Part shown: positions 40,467 through 50,203 of the stretch, piece after piece
Layout: each line of letters opens with the position of its first letter
Numbering within the stretch: the first letter of the stretch is position 1
Assembly (NCBI GenBank): GCA_963768855.1
Contig: CAVYJM010000010.1
Location: 64,001 to 128,000, forward strand
DNA length: 64,000 bases
Source: an uncultured Thermoplasmata archaeon
Lineage (GTDB): Archaea; Thermoplasmatota; Thermoplasmata; RBG-16-68-12
Direction: 5' to 3'
Made by a program: the position numbers and the translations under genes
The notes under the pieces: model-generated
Seen by the model: the letters and a program-made list of their open reading frames with translations, nothing else
Told to the model about the DNA's origin: nothing
Databases searched by the model: none

Positions 40467-42416
40467 TCACGCCGTCCCCGTGCGGACGCCCTCGTTCAGT
40501 CGCAGCGCGTGGTCCGCGCAGGACGTCGCCTCGTCGTAGCGGCCGAGCTTCGTGAGGACGTAGCCCTTGTTGACCCACGCCCCGCGGTACCCGGGGTCGA
40601 TCTCGAGAGCCCGCTCGTAGCAGGTGAGCGCCTCCTCGTAGTGTCCGAGGCGAGCGAGCGTGTTCCCCTTGTTGTTCCAGGCGACCTCGTACTTCGGGTT
40701 GACCTTGATCGCGGCGTTGAAGCAGCGCAGCGCGTCGACGAGCCGCCCCATCTTCGTGAGCGCGTTCCCCTTGTTGAGCCACGCGACCTCGTTGCGGGGG
40801 TTCAGGTCCAGGGCCTTGTCGATCGCGCGGAGGGCCTCGTCGTACCGGCCGAGCAGGACGAGGCTCGCGCCCTTCCCGTACCACGGCATCTCCTCGTCCG
40901 GCGCTCCCTTGCCGCCGAGTGCGATCGCGCGGTCGAAGTCCTTCACGGACTGCGTATAGTCCTCATGCGCAAGATGCCTCTCCGCCTTCGACAATTCCCG
41001 GTTGACGTTGAGGGCCGTGCGCCGCTGGCGCACTCCTTCGAGGGCGACGGCCGCGGGCCACGGCGTGACCGCCAGGAGCCCGAACGTCCAGGCGGCGGTC
41101 CCCGCGAACGCGAGGCCGAGCCCCACCACCGCGCCGAAGGCGATGAGCGGGATCCCGGATGCGGCCACCAACAGGTCGCGGGCCTTGGACTTCAGCAGGC
41201 GCCGCGTCGCGAGCGCGAGGGCGACCGCTCCCGAGAGCGAGAGGACGGGCGCGAGCGCCTGCGGGAACGCCGGTGCGGCCGCGCAGAGCGCCGAACCCGC
41301 GAGGAGGGCGACTGTGTCTATCCGACTCGGGCTCGATCCCCGGAGGACGGCGACTGCGATCACGTACGCCACCAGAATCGTGACCACGAACGCCGTGGCC
41401 CATCCGATGTTCGGTTCGCCGAGGAAGGCCGACAGGAAGAGACTGGCTGCCGAGGCCACCACGAATCCCCCGAGGAACTCGGACGGGAGCGGGCCGGCGG
41501 GTCGGCGCGACGGCGACTCCTTCGGTGCCACGCTCGGAGTGGGTCGAGGTTGCGAAAGGCGCAGCGTGGGAGGCGGAGGACGGTCCGCCCGCGTGCTTCC
41601 CGAGAGGGTCCGCGGCCGTGTCTTCGCCGCCGTGGGAGTCCGTTTGGCCGCCGTGTCCTTCGTGCGGATGGATGGCGCACGCATGGGTCTAAGCTGAGGA
41701 TGGGCCGAGGCGGCGGGTGCTGGCTCGGTCGGCCTGGGCCTTACGGGTCTTGTGATCTTGGCCAGTCTCGGCACCCGTCGGATCTTCGCGACGGGTATGG
41801 CCGGGGCCGGTTGGTCCAGATCCTTCAAGATGTCGTCGATCCGGTCCAGGCTGGGAGCGTCGACCGGCGGTTTCATTTGTGTATGAATCGGCGACACACC
41901 CTGCGCGGCGGGAGCGGGGACCTCGGGCGCCGGGGCGGGTTCTCCTCCGGGAGGCTCTTCGGTCCCGCCGAGCGGCTCGCCGCAGATCTCGCACTCCTTC
42001 CACACGGCCTCGTTCTCCGCTCCGCAGACCGGGCACAGAACCGTATCGAGGATGTCCTTCTCCGCCTCGGGTCCTGCGGGTTCAGACTCGAACTCGGCGG
42101 CGCACCGAGGGCACTTGGGGTCCCAGGTGGCAACGAAGCCGCCACAGTTCGTGCACAGGAACAGGAGCCCGTTCTCGCCCTTCTCGAGGACGTCGTCGAC
42201 GTTCCGATCCTGGAGCTGGTTCGGATGGCGGAAGCCCTTCTCGAACAGGGCGAGGGCCTTCTCTCGGGGAATGCCGAAGGCTCGGCAGAGGCGGACGACT
42301 GCCTCGTCGATGACGAAGGCCCCGCAGTTGTCGCACTCCGTCTCGTCCGGGGGCATCGGCTCCTGGCAGACGGGGCACAGGGCCCGGGCCGTTTTCCCGG
42401 GCATCGCCCCATCCAT
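40467..42416 (-). CDS. Zinc-ribbon / membrane / TPR protein
   Basis: Three CxxC-CxxC pairs, Pro-rich linker, about six TM helices, C-terminal TPRs (AWLNKGNAL, AWNNKGNTL, AWVNKGYVL). Confidence 0.88.
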   Translation of the reverse strand: MDGAMPGKTARALCPVCQEPMPPDETECDNCGAFVIDEAVVRLCRAFGIPREKALALFEKGFRHPNQLQDRNVDDVLEKGENGLLFLCTNCGGFVATWDPKCPRCAAEFESEPAGPEAEKDILDTVLCPVCGAENEAVWKECEICGEPLGGTEEPPGGEPAPAPEVPAPAAQGVSPIHTQMKPPVDAPSLDRIDDILKDLDQPAPAIPVAKIRRVPRLAKITRPVRPRPTEPAPAASAHPQLRPMRAPSIRTKDTAAKRTPTAAKTRPRTLSGSTRADRPPPPTLRLSQPRPTPSVAPKESPSRRPAGPLPSEFLGGFVVASAASLFLSAFLGEPNIGWATAFVVTILVAYVIAVAVLRGSSPSRIDTVALLAGSALCAAAPAFPQALAPVLSLSGAVALALATRRLLKSKARDLLVAASGIPLIAFGAVVGLGLAFAGTAAWTFGLLAVTPWPAAVALEGVRQRRTALNVNRELSKAERHLAHEDYTQSVKDFDRAIALGGKGAPDEEMPWYGKGASLVLLGRYDEALRAIDKALDLNPRNEVAWLNKGNALTKMGRLVDALRCFNAAIKVNPKYEVAWNNKGNTLARLGHYEEALTCYERALEIDPGYRGAWVNKGYVLTKLGRYDEATSCADHALRLNEGVRTGTA

Positions 42417-42514
42417 CCTCGCCCTCGGGCCATAAAGCCATTGACCCGGTTGTCAGCCCCGATAACCCTCGGACGGACCGCTTAAGTAGCGCGGGCCGGT
42501 TGCTCGGGCATCCG

Positions 42515-43258
42515 ATGGCCCTGTCCCAGCTCGACTTCAGCATCGCCCTCGCCCTGGGCCTGGCTCCGGCGCTGGCCGTCCTCTACTGGTCCATCCGCCG
42601 CTACGACATCCCCTTCACCCGCTACCGGCTGTTCGACGACCGACGGCTGTTCGGCGGGTTCGCGGTCGGGCTGATCTTCGGCACGATCGCGGCGTTCGTG
42701 GAGGTCAACGCCCCGACTGGGCTGGCGGGGACCGTGGTCGCCCTGGCTGCGTTCTTCCTGTTCGAGGAGACGTTCAAGACCGTCTGGCTGAACCGCCGTG
42801 CCTACCGGGGGCGGTTCGACACCACCTTCTACGGCGTCGCGGTCGGCGTCGGCGTGGCCGGCACGCTGGCCGTGGCGAGCGTCCTTGCGAGCGTCGCCGG
42901 CTCGCCGACATCCCCGTATACGATGGACAGCCTGCTCCTCCTTGGCCTATTCTCCGTGAGTTGGAGCCTCATCCATGCGGACACGGGCGTGCTCATCGGG
43001 TTCGGCGCCTCGCGGGGAGAGACGCTCTGGCCGCTTCTGAAGGCCCTCGGCGTGCGCTACGCCCACGGAGCCATCCTCTTGGCCTTCTTCATTGGAGTGG
43101 ACGAGCCGTGGAGCCTGATCGCGGTCGCCACCTCGATCGTGTTCGCCGCGGTGCTGTACCATTACGTCTATTCGATCCTGTTGCCCGCCACGCTCCCCGA
43201 CGACATCCGGCGGGACATGCAGCGGGAGAAGCGCCGGGCGCGGCGCGCTAAAGCCTGA
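42515..43258 (+). CDS. PrsW-like intramembrane protein
   Basis: Multi-TM protein with FEETFK (EExxK), LIHADTG and YAHG. Confidence 0.7.
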   Translation: MALSQLDFSIALALGLAPALAVLYWSIRRYDIPFTRYRLFDDRRLFGGFAVGLIFGTIAAFVEVNAPTGLAGTVVALAAFFLFEETFKTVWLNRRAYRGRFDTTFYGVAVGVGVAGTLAVASVLASVAGSPTSPYTMDSLLLLGLFSVSWSLIHADTGVLIGFGASRGETLWPLLKALGVRYAHGAILLAFFIGVDEPWSLIAVATSIVFAAVLYHYVYSILLPATLPDDIRRDMQREKRRARRAKA

Positions 43259-43724
43259 GGTCCACGACGCGGTAGAACCCGGGCTTGGGTTCGAACACCA
43301 CGTTCGCTTCGAGGAGGACCGCGAGCGCGCCATCGGCGTCCGCCAGGCCGAGTCCGTCGAGGACCTGCATCCAGTCCTCGCGCGAGAACAGCTCCAGTTC
43401 GTTCGTCAGCTCGACCGCCGCGGCCCGCACCCTCGACGCGCGGTCCCCCTGCCTCGGAAGGGCCGCGATGATCCGGGCATGGACCTCTCGCGGCCGCGTC
43501 TTCTTCCGCGGCGCGAAGGCTTTCTCCACTTCACGGGCGCCCCCCGCAAGCTCGGCGTTCACTTGGCCCACGAGGGGCGCGAGCTCCCGCGCTGTCTCGG
43601 CTCGTCCCCGGACTCGGGAGGGGACCACCCGGATCTCGAACCCGCAGGAGCACGTGGTGGTCTTCTGCTTCAAGTCGACGCCCTTCGCCTTCCTGCATCG
43701 GGGACACACGACGACGCCGTACAT
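43248..43724 (-). CDS. Archaeal zinc-ribbon protein (DUF1922/DUF5817-like)
   Basis: MYGVVVCPRC...TTTCSCGF; C-terminal wHTH-like VVFEPKPGFYR. Confidence 0.75.
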   Translation of the reverse strand: MYGVVVCPRCRKAKGVDLKQKTTTCSCGFEIRVVPSRVRGRAETARELAPLVGQVNAELAGGAREVEKAFAPRKKTRPREVHARIIAALPRQGDRASRVRAAAVELTNELELFSREDWMQVLDGLGLADADGALAVLLEANVVFEPKPGFYRVVDLRL

Positions 43725-43728
43725 GGGC

Positions 43729-44196
43729 TCAGAGCATGAAGACGACCGCGGCAAGGCAGGCGCCGTAGTGGTCCATCGGCGTGCTGAGCTCCTCGATCTT
43801 GTACTCGAGGCGGCGGAACTTGATTCCGCGCATTTTTGCCATCTCGCCCATCTTCCACTCGAGGACCTCTTGGAGGGACTTCTTCGTGCCATGCATGTGG
43901 CCCTCCGCGACGTAGCCGCCCAGTCCGTCGTCGCGGAAGCCGTAGGCGATGCCCGCGGAGATCGTCTCGCCCTCGCCTCCGCGTTGCTGCGCGAGGACGC
44001 AGAACGTGATCGCGCCCATGGGGAGGTCGCGGTGCCGGACCTGTCGGATCCCGACCGGCAGGACGGAGGAGACGGAGACGATGTTCTGCTCGGACAGGCC
44101 TGCGTTCTGGAGGGCCTCATCGAACGCGTTCAGGTCGGAAACCTTGGAAACGGCTTTCCCCGAGGTGACAAAGAACTTCGTTGGGACCGGCAACAT
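43729..44196 (-). CDS. pdaD: Pyruvoyl-dependent arginine decarboxylase
   Basis: LNAFDEAL.NAG...NIVSVSSVLP (Ser-Ser cleavage site), GGYVAE, GACLAAVV. Confidence 0.92.
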   Translation of the reverse strand: MLPVPTKFFVTSGKAVSKVSDLNAFDEALQNAGLSEQNIVSVSSVLPVGIRQVRHRDLPMGAITFCVLAQQRGGEGETISAGIAYGFRDDGLGGYVAEGHMHGTKKSLQEVLEWKMGEMAKMRGIKFRRLEYKIEELSTPMDHYGACLAAVVFML

Positions 44197-44313
44197 GGTG
44201 CTCTGCGGACGCGGCACATCACTGCGCGCGGCTTAAGCGTTTGCAGGGAGGCGACGAAACGAACCGAGTCTCGGAGCCACCATTTTTATCCACGATTCCA
44301 TATTTATGATGAC

Positions 44314-44799
44314 CTACGCGGATGCGCCCGTTGGATCCGACGGCTCCGCTAGGGAGCGGACCATGCTGTAGGCGTCCTCGCCCCAGGAGTAGTAGCCGTA
44401 GAGGACGCCATCCGTTCGGTAGCCGAGGCCGCGGTAGAACTCGATGGCGCCGTAGTTCTGTGTGCTGACCTCAAGCCGCACTCGGAGGCAGGCGCGTTTC
44501 CGGGCCTCCGCCTCCGCGGCCTGCATCATCACTGTCCCGAGGCCGTGTCGGCGGTGCTCGGGCATCGTGGCGATCGAGAGCACGCGGCAGAACTGGCCCT
44601 CGAAGAGGAGCATGATCGCCCCGTCCAGCCGACCGCCGTCCGCTTCCTTGACGAAGGTCATGGCGCGCTCGTTCCGTAGGATCCAGTCCACATGGTCCCG
44701 CCGGAAGCGGCGCTCCTTGAAGCAGGCGACTTCGATATTGTAGATGGCCTCGAGGTCGTGAGGGGTTGCGCGTCGCAGCAAGGCGGAGATTGAGCGCAA
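44314..44799 (-). CDS. RimI-like GNAT acetyltransferase
   Basis: DLEAIYNIEVACF, VLSIAT.PEHRRHGLG, LEVSTQNYGAIEFY, YY..GEDAYSM; start uncertain. Confidence 0.85.
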   Translation of the reverse strand: MRSISALLRRATPHDLEAIYNIEVACFKERRFRRDHVDWILRNERAMTFVKEADGGRLDGAIMLLFEGQFCRVLSIATMPEHRRHGLGTVMMQAAEAEARKRACLRVRLEVSTQNYGAIEFYRGLGYRTDGVLYGYYSWGEDAYSMVRSLAEPSDPTGASA

Positions 44800-44920
44800 G
44801 GATGGTTCATGTCCTTTTCCCTCCTCTTGGGGGGATACCACCTTCCCCGGGAAGCGCGCCTTGATGGAGACGGTGCGCCCGCGAAAGGATAATCTAGAGC
44901 CACCGGAATGGCCGAGGCCC

Positions 44921-46210
44921 ATGGTGGCCATCGCGGAGATCCTGCACGGCAAGCACACGGGTGCGCCCGTCGAGCTGAAAGGCTGGATCTACCGCACGCG
45001 GACGATGGGCGGCAAGGCGTTCGTCGTCGTGCGGGACGCCACCGGCGTGATCCAGACCACGATTGCGAAAGACAAGGTGTCCGCCGAGTCCTTTGCCGCC
45101 GCGGAGAAGGCCCTCATCGAATCCGCGGTCGTCGTGAAGGGCGCCGTGGTCGCAGACAAGCGCGCCCCGGGCGGCTTCGAGATCCGCGCAACGGACTTCC
45201 ACGTCGTCCACTTCGCGGAGAAGTATCCGATCCAGGAGGATCAGAGCGAAGAATTCCTCCTCGACGTCCGCCACCTCTGGGTCCGCTCCCAGAGGATGAC
45301 AACGATTTTCCGGATTCGGGACGCCACGTTCAAGGCCGTCCACGACTACTTCCGCGGACAGGGGTTCTGGGAGATCTCCCCGCCGATGATCACGCCCGCG
45401 GGGAGCGAAGGCGGTTCGACGCTCTTCGAGGTCGAGTACTTCGGAAAAAAGGCGTACCTGACCCAGTCTTGGCAACTGTACGCGGAGGCGCTCGTCCTCG
45501 CGATGGAGAAGATCTACTACATCGGCCCCTCGTTCCGCGCGGAGAAGTCTCGTACGACGCGCCACCTCACGGAATTCTGGCACGCGGAGATGGAGCAGGC
45601 CTGGGTCGGCATGGACGAGGTCCTCAAGCACGCGGAGGGCGTGATCTCGCACGCCTGTCAGATCGTCGCCGAGGAGCGACCGGACGACGTCGTCGCGATG
45701 GGCCGCACGCCCGAATTCCTCAAGGCGGTCAAGCCCCCCTTCGAGCACATCACGTACGACGACGCCATCAAGGTGCTCAAGTCCAAGGGGATCGAGATCG
45801 AGTGGGGCAAAGACCTCCGGACCCTCGAGGAGCGCGCGCTCACCGAGGGCAAGACGAAGCCGGTCGTCGTGACGCACTACCCGCGGATGTCCCAGGCGTT
45901 CTACAAGGCCAGGGACCCGAAGCATCCCGATCTCGTGCTGGGCTTCGACGTCATCGCGGGGGACGGCGTCGGCGAGGTCGTCGGCGGGAGCGAGAGGGAG
46001 ACGGACCTCGAGGTGATCAAGAAGTCCCTCCTCGAGCAGGGGGAGGATCCGAAATCGTACGACTGGTATCTCGACTCCCGCCGGTACGGGAGCGTCCAGC
46101 ATGCAGGATTCGGGATGGGCATGGAGCGCCTCATCCAGTGGATCTGCAAGCTCGAGCACATCCGCGACGCGGTCCCCTTCCCACGGACGCCTGCGCGGTC
46201 CTATCCCTGA
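44921..46210 (+). CDS. asnS: Asparagine--tRNA ligase
   Basis: OB fold KGWIYRTR, EGGSTLF, YLTQSWQLY, FRAEKSRTTRHLTEFW, GEVVGGSERE, YDWYLD.RRYG...HAGFGMGMER. Confidence 0.93.
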   Translation: MVAIAEILHGKHTGAPVELKGWIYRTRTMGGKAFVVVRDATGVIQTTIAKDKVSAESFAAAEKALIESAVVVKGAVVADKRAPGGFEIRATDFHVVHFAEKYPIQEDQSEEFLLDVRHLWVRSQRMTTIFRIRDATFKAVHDYFRGQGFWEISPPMITPAGSEGGSTLFEVEYFGKKAYLTQSWQLYAEALVLAMEKIYYIGPSFRAEKSRTTRHLTEFWHAEMEQAWVGMDEVLKHAEGVISHACQIVAEERPDDVVAMGRTPEFLKAVKPPFEHITYDDAIKVLKSKGIEIEWGKDLRTLEERALTEGKTKPVVVTHYPRMSQAFYKARDPKHPDLVLGFDVIAGDGVGEVVGGSERETDLEVIKKSLLEQGEDPKSYDWYLDSRRYGSVQHAGFGMGMERLIQWICKLEHIRDAVPFPRTPARSYP

Positions 46211-46249
46211 ACGGACACCCTTTTACGCCCGCGGGGGTTGCATCGTCAC

Positions 46250-46747
46250 ATGGCCGGGGACGTGGACCCCTTCAAGCCCCTCCTCGACGACCACGAGGAG
46301 TTCCTCGAGAAGCTGAATGAGCTCGAGGCGGTCCTCGACGAGATGATGCACACCCGCGAGGCGAGCGAAGGCAACCGGGAGCTCCTGGACGAGTCGCTCC
46401 GGTTCTTCCAGGACGAGCTCCTGCCGCACCTCCGTCGGGAGGACGAGATCGTCCTGCCGCCGCTCGAGGCGGTGATCGGTCGTTACGGAACCCTCGTGAA
46501 CGTCGTCGCGTACGAGCACGAAGAGATCCGCCGGGAGGTCGCGAAGTTCCGGGAGGCGCGGGGGCAGCTCGACGCCTCGAAGGACCCGTGGCCCGCGATC
46601 CAGGAGCTGAACCGCCACGGGGTCTTCACGATCCAGTTCCTGTGGGACCACTTCCGGAAGGAGAAGATGAGCCTCTTCCCGACCGCGCGGACCGCCCTGA
46701 AGACGGACCGGCTCGACGCAATCCGTCAGGGGCTCGCTCAGCGCTGA
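46250..46747 (+). CDS. Hemerythrin (HHE) domain protein
   Basis: DHEEF, HLRREDEIVLP, YEHEEI, DHFRKEKMSLFP. Confidence 0.85.
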   Translation: MAGDVDPFKPLLDDHEEFLEKLNELEAVLDEMMHTREASEGNRELLDESLRFFQDELLPHLRREDEIVLPPLEAVIGRYGTLVNVVAYEHEEIRREVAKFREARGQLDASKDPWPAIQELNRHGVFTIQFLWDHFRKEKMSLFPTARTALKTDRLDAIRQGLAQR

Positions 46748-47184
46748 CCTCTCGCGGCGCGAATCGCCTCAGCCAAGCGGTCGAGCTCATTGCGCTTGGG
46801 CATGGTGCCGTAGCGGGGGCCCATCCGGAGCCCTACGCCGTCCCCCGCGTACCGCGGATACACGTGCAGGTGGACATGGAAGATTTCCTGGCCCGCGACC
46901 TCTTCGTCGGCCAGATGGATGTTCACGCCTTCGGCCTTCACGCCACTTCGGCGGAGCGCCCCGGCGAGCTCCCTCGCCATCTCGAACAGGCGCCCGCCCT
47001 CGCCCGCGGGCAGGTCGCTGAGGTGGGCGGCGTGGGCCTTCGGGATCACGAGGAGATGTCCCGGATTGATCGGTCGGATGTCGAGGAAGGCGAGCGTGGA
47101 TTCGTCCTCGCACACGATGCTGGCCGGTAGTTCATGACGAACGATCTTGCAGAAGATGCAGGTCGCATCGGCTTGCACCGTCAT
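46738..47184 (-). CDS. HIT family nucleotide hydrolase
   Basis: CIFCKIV, FLDIRPINPGHLLVIPKAH, GQEIFHVHLHVYPR. Confidence 0.93.
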   Translation of the reverse strand: MTVQADATCIFCKIVRHELPASIVCEDESTLAFLDIRPINPGHLLVIPKAHAAHLSDLPAGEGGRLFEMARELAGALRRSGVKAEGVNIHLADEEVAGQEIFHVHLHVYPRYAGDGVGLRMGPRYGTMPKRNELDRLAEAIRAARGQR

Positions 47185-47250
47185 GATTCTCGCGAAGAAG
47201 GCGCACGCCTTCAACCTTTTGCGTGGCAGGTCCCGCGAGATGCGACGACC

Positions 47251-48414
47251 CTACGCGCGTTTCGTGGAGGGCCCCAGGACGTGTTCCGCGATCACGAGCT
47301 TCTGGATTTCGTTGGTCCCCTCGTAGAGGCCCAGGATCCGCGCGTCACGGAAGTACCGCTCGACGTCGAACTCGCCACTGAAGCCATAGCCGCCGTGGAC
47401 CTGGACGGCCCAGTCCGTGACCCGCTGGGCCATCTGGGCCCCGAACAGTTTCGCCATGGAGACCTCGACCGTGTTGTCCTGGCCCAGGTCACGCAAGTGC
47501 GCGGCGCGCAGGGTGAGGAGCCGAGCCGCATCGATTTCCACCGCCGACTGGGCGATCATTTCCCGGATGAGCTGGAAGTCCCCGATTGGACGGCCGAACG
47601 CCTTCCGCTCCTTCACGTACTTCGTGGCGGCCTCCAGGGCGGCCCGCGCCACGCCCACGGCGCCCGCGGCGATCCCGATCCGACCACTGTTCAGGGTCTT
47701 CATCGCCTGGCTCCACCCGTCGCCTTCCTTCCCGAGCAGGTTCTCCTTCGGGATTCGGCAGTCCTCGAAGGCGAGGTCCGCGGTCGGGCTCGCACGGAGG
47801 CCGAGCTTCGTCTTGGACTCGACGTGGGTGACCTTGAAACCCGGCGTGCCCTTCGGCACGAGGAAGAGGCTCAGCCCCTCGTGCCGCTTCGAGCCGGGCT
47901 TCCGCGCGTACACCTGGACGTAGTCCGCGATGCTCCCATTCGAGATGAACCGCTTCTGCCCGTTCAGGACGATCTCATCACCCTCGTCCTGATACGTCGT
48001 GGACAGGTTCGCGGCGTCGCTGCCCGCTTCGGGTTCGGTCAAGGCCCACGCGCCGAGCTTCTCCCCCTTCGCGAGTGGCACGAGCCATCGCTGCTTCTGC
48101 GCCTCGTCCCCGAACCAAATCAGGGACGTCTCAGACAGGGACGTTTGCACGCTGACCGTCGTCCGCACGGACGAGGACCCGCGACTGATCTCTTCCACGA
48201 GGAGCATGAACGAGACGTAGTCCATGCCCGCGCCGCCGTACGTCTCTGGGACCGGCGCCCCGAGGAATCCAAGCTCCGCCATCTTGCCGTAGAAGGAGCG
48301 CGGGATCTCGCCCTTCTCCTCCCACTCCCGGTTGTGGGGGAGGATCTCCCGGTCGACGAAGTCCTTCGCGGTCTGCTGGACGAGTTTCTGCTCCTCGGTG
48401 AGTCGGAAGTCCAT
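47251..48414 (-). CDS. Acyl-CoA dehydrogenase
   Basis: ALTEPEAGSDA, LNGQKRFISNG, KLGLRAS, LNSGRIGIAA, QVHGGYG, LYEGTNEIQKLVIA. Confidence 0.95.
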   Translation of the reverse strand: MDFRLTEEQKLVQQTAKDFVDREILPHNREWEEKGEIPRSFYGKMAELGFLGAPVPETYGGAGMDYVSFMLLVEEISRGSSSVRTTVSVQTSLSETSLIWFGDEAQKQRWLVPLAKGEKLGAWALTEPEAGSDAANLSTTYQDEGDEIVLNGQKRFISNGSIADYVQVYARKPGSKRHEGLSLFLVPKGTPGFKVTHVESKTKLGLRASPTADLAFEDCRIPKENLLGKEGDGWSQAMKTLNSGRIGIAAGAVGVARAALEAATKYVKERKAFGRPIGDFQLIREMIAQSAVEIDAARLLTLRAAHLRDLGQDNTVEVSMAKLFGAQMAQRVTDWAVQVHGGYGFSGEFDVERYFRDARILGLYEGTNEIQKLVIAEHVLGPSTKRA

Positions 48415-48492
48415 GGTTCCGCCCCTTCCTGCGGCCAAACGAGGGGGTACCCTTAAAGGTTGGGCACGGACCCGACTCGCTCGGTGTTCGGA

Positions 48493-49059
48493 CTACCGGT
48501 GGCGGGTCTCGAGCCACGTGAGGGCGAGGGCGATCCCGCCTGCGAGGTATCCGAGGAGCGCGACGCCCATCAACGCGGCGATCGGGATGGTCGCTGGCCC
48601 GAGGAAATTCGTGTGGACGTAGAGGACGTCATGTCCGCCCCCTCCAACGTTTGTCGGAAGGTAGGCAGCTCCGGCCTGGAACCCCTCGTAAGTCATGAGC
48701 AGGGACGCCGCCGCGGCCCCGACGCCTCCGAGGATCAAGTGAATCCATGCGGCCCAGTTCTTCCAGCCCTGGAGAGGGGCTTCCAGCGTCACCTCAAGCT
48801 GCTGGTAAAACAGGGCACTGAACCCGAGGCCCGCGACGCCGACCAAGAGATAGGAAAGGATGCCCATCACGAACCAGGTGCCCGGTCCGCCTTCTGCGAC
48901 GATTCGGGACGACGCCGGGCCGAGCGCGTAGTTCGGCGGTGTGAGGCCCGCCAGCACGTTCCCAAGGAGAAGCACCGCGATGACGAGCCACGCGATCCCT
49001 CCCAGGATGAACGTCCCGGTCGTGAAACGAATCGCCCAGGGACTCCTCGTCGTTGCCAT
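48493..49059 (-). CDS. Uncharacterised four-helix membrane protein, paralogue A
   Basis: 188 aa; W..RF, IVAEGGPGTWF, SALFY..LEV, AWIHLILG, VH...LGP. Confidence 0.8.
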   Translation of the reverse strand: MATTRSPWAIRFTTGTFILGGIAWLVIAVLLLGNVLAGLTPPNYALGPASSRIVAEGGPGTWFVMGILSYLLVGVAGLGFSALFYQQLEVTLEAPLQGWKNWAAWIHLILGGVGAAAASLLMTYEGFQAGAAYLPTNVGGGGHDVLYVHTNFLGPATIPIAALMGVALLGYLAGGIALALTWLETRHR

Positions 49060-49190
49060 CGCAACCCCGCCGAAGCGAACCGCCGACGCGCTTTAAGGAT
49101 TGCTCCGCGATTCTGCGATTTGGGCACTTGAGAGGTGCCGCGCGTGTCAAACCGGCGCGGCGCACGCGGTTCCTTGCCCAGGGTGCGGTT

Positions 49191-49757
49191 TCAGGGAAGC
49201 GGTGGGGCCACACCGGATTTCGAACGGAACTGGATGGCGTACCCGATCCCGCCAAGGAGGGGGCCGAGGGAGCCGACGATGAACAGGGTCGAGATGATTG
49301 GAACGAGAGGCCCCAGAATCTGGTCGTGGACGCACTGCGGGATCTCCTGCGGCGGCGCACAGCTTAGGGTCGGAGCGAACAACTGGGCTCCGCCGACGTA
49401 ACCGCCGTACATTAGGAGTCCGAGGGCCGCCCCGATGACGACGTTCCCGAGGAGCAGATGGCCCCACGCCAGGTACTGGAGCCCGCCCTCGTACGGCTTT
49501 CGCATGACGACCTCAAGGTAATGGTAGAACAGGGCGCTGAGCCCGGAGCCGATCACTGGCACGATCAGGTATCCCAGGTACCCAACCGTGAACCAGGTGC
49601 CCGCGGAACCCTGGGCCACAATGTTCTCAGGGGACACGAAGCCGGAGAAGGGGAAGTCCGCGTACAGCAGAATCTCCGTGAGGACGAACATGATCGCCCC
49701 CTGGATCAGGGCCACGCCGATGAACCGCCGGGCCCATACGCTTCCAGACCCCTCCAT
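49191..49757 (-). CDS. Uncharacterised four-helix membrane protein, paralogue B
   Basis: 188 aa; WARRF, IVAQGSAGTWF, SALFYHYLEV, AWGHLLLG, VH...LGP. Confidence 0.8.
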   Translation of the reverse strand: MEGSGSVWARRFIGVALIQGAIMFVLTEILLYADFPFSGFVSPENIVAQGSAGTWFTVGYLGYLIVPVIGSGLSALFYHYLEVVMRKPYEGGLQYLAWGHLLLGNVVIGAALGLLMYGGYVGGAQLFAPTLSCAPPQEIPQCVHDQILGPLVPIISTLFIVGSLGPLLGGIGYAIQFRSKSGVAPPLP

Positions 49758-49877
49758 GGTAGACCTCAGCGGGCCAACGGTCCTCGATGGCAAAAAGCTT
49801 CCCGTACCCGGGCCCGGATGTGCGACGCCCGATGGCGCGGGTCCTCGTTGGCGTGGCTCTCTGGCCTCCGCCGCGCC

Positions 49878-50066
49878 TCAGAACGGAAGCGGACCCGCCT
49901 CGTCCGTCGGTCGGATGATCCACCGGTGTCCCCGCTGGGTGATTACGATGCTGCCGCAGGTGGTGCACCGATAGAACAACGCGCCCTCGTCGTGCCCGAG
50001 CTCTTCGATGCTGTCGTGAAGACACGTCCCGGGATCGACGGGGACCTCGATGAGAATCGAGGACAC
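49878..50066 (-). CDS. Small zinc-ribbon-like protein
   Basis: C-x-H...CTTCG pattern, 62 aa, GGAG RBS before GTG. Confidence 0.55.
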   Translation of the reverse strand: MSSILIEVPVDPGTCLHDSIEELGHDEGALFYRCTTCGSIVITQRGHRWIIRPTDEAGPLPF

Positions 50067-50203
50067 GCTCTGCTCTCCATGGTCATTGCGTCGTCCCTCA
50101 CCCTAATCTCTTGGGTAAGTACGCTAGGGGCGTCGTTCTCGTTCTCTATGCACTTCGTCACGTCGGAAAGTCTTTATCGCGTTCGCCTGGATACCGCGGC
50201 CCC

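Noticed and set aside
48493-49757. Copper membrane monooxygenase (AmoC/PmoC-like) identity for the paralogue pair
   Set aside because: They lack the D-xxx-H...H and E-x-x-H-x-W-type motifs of CuMMO subunits.
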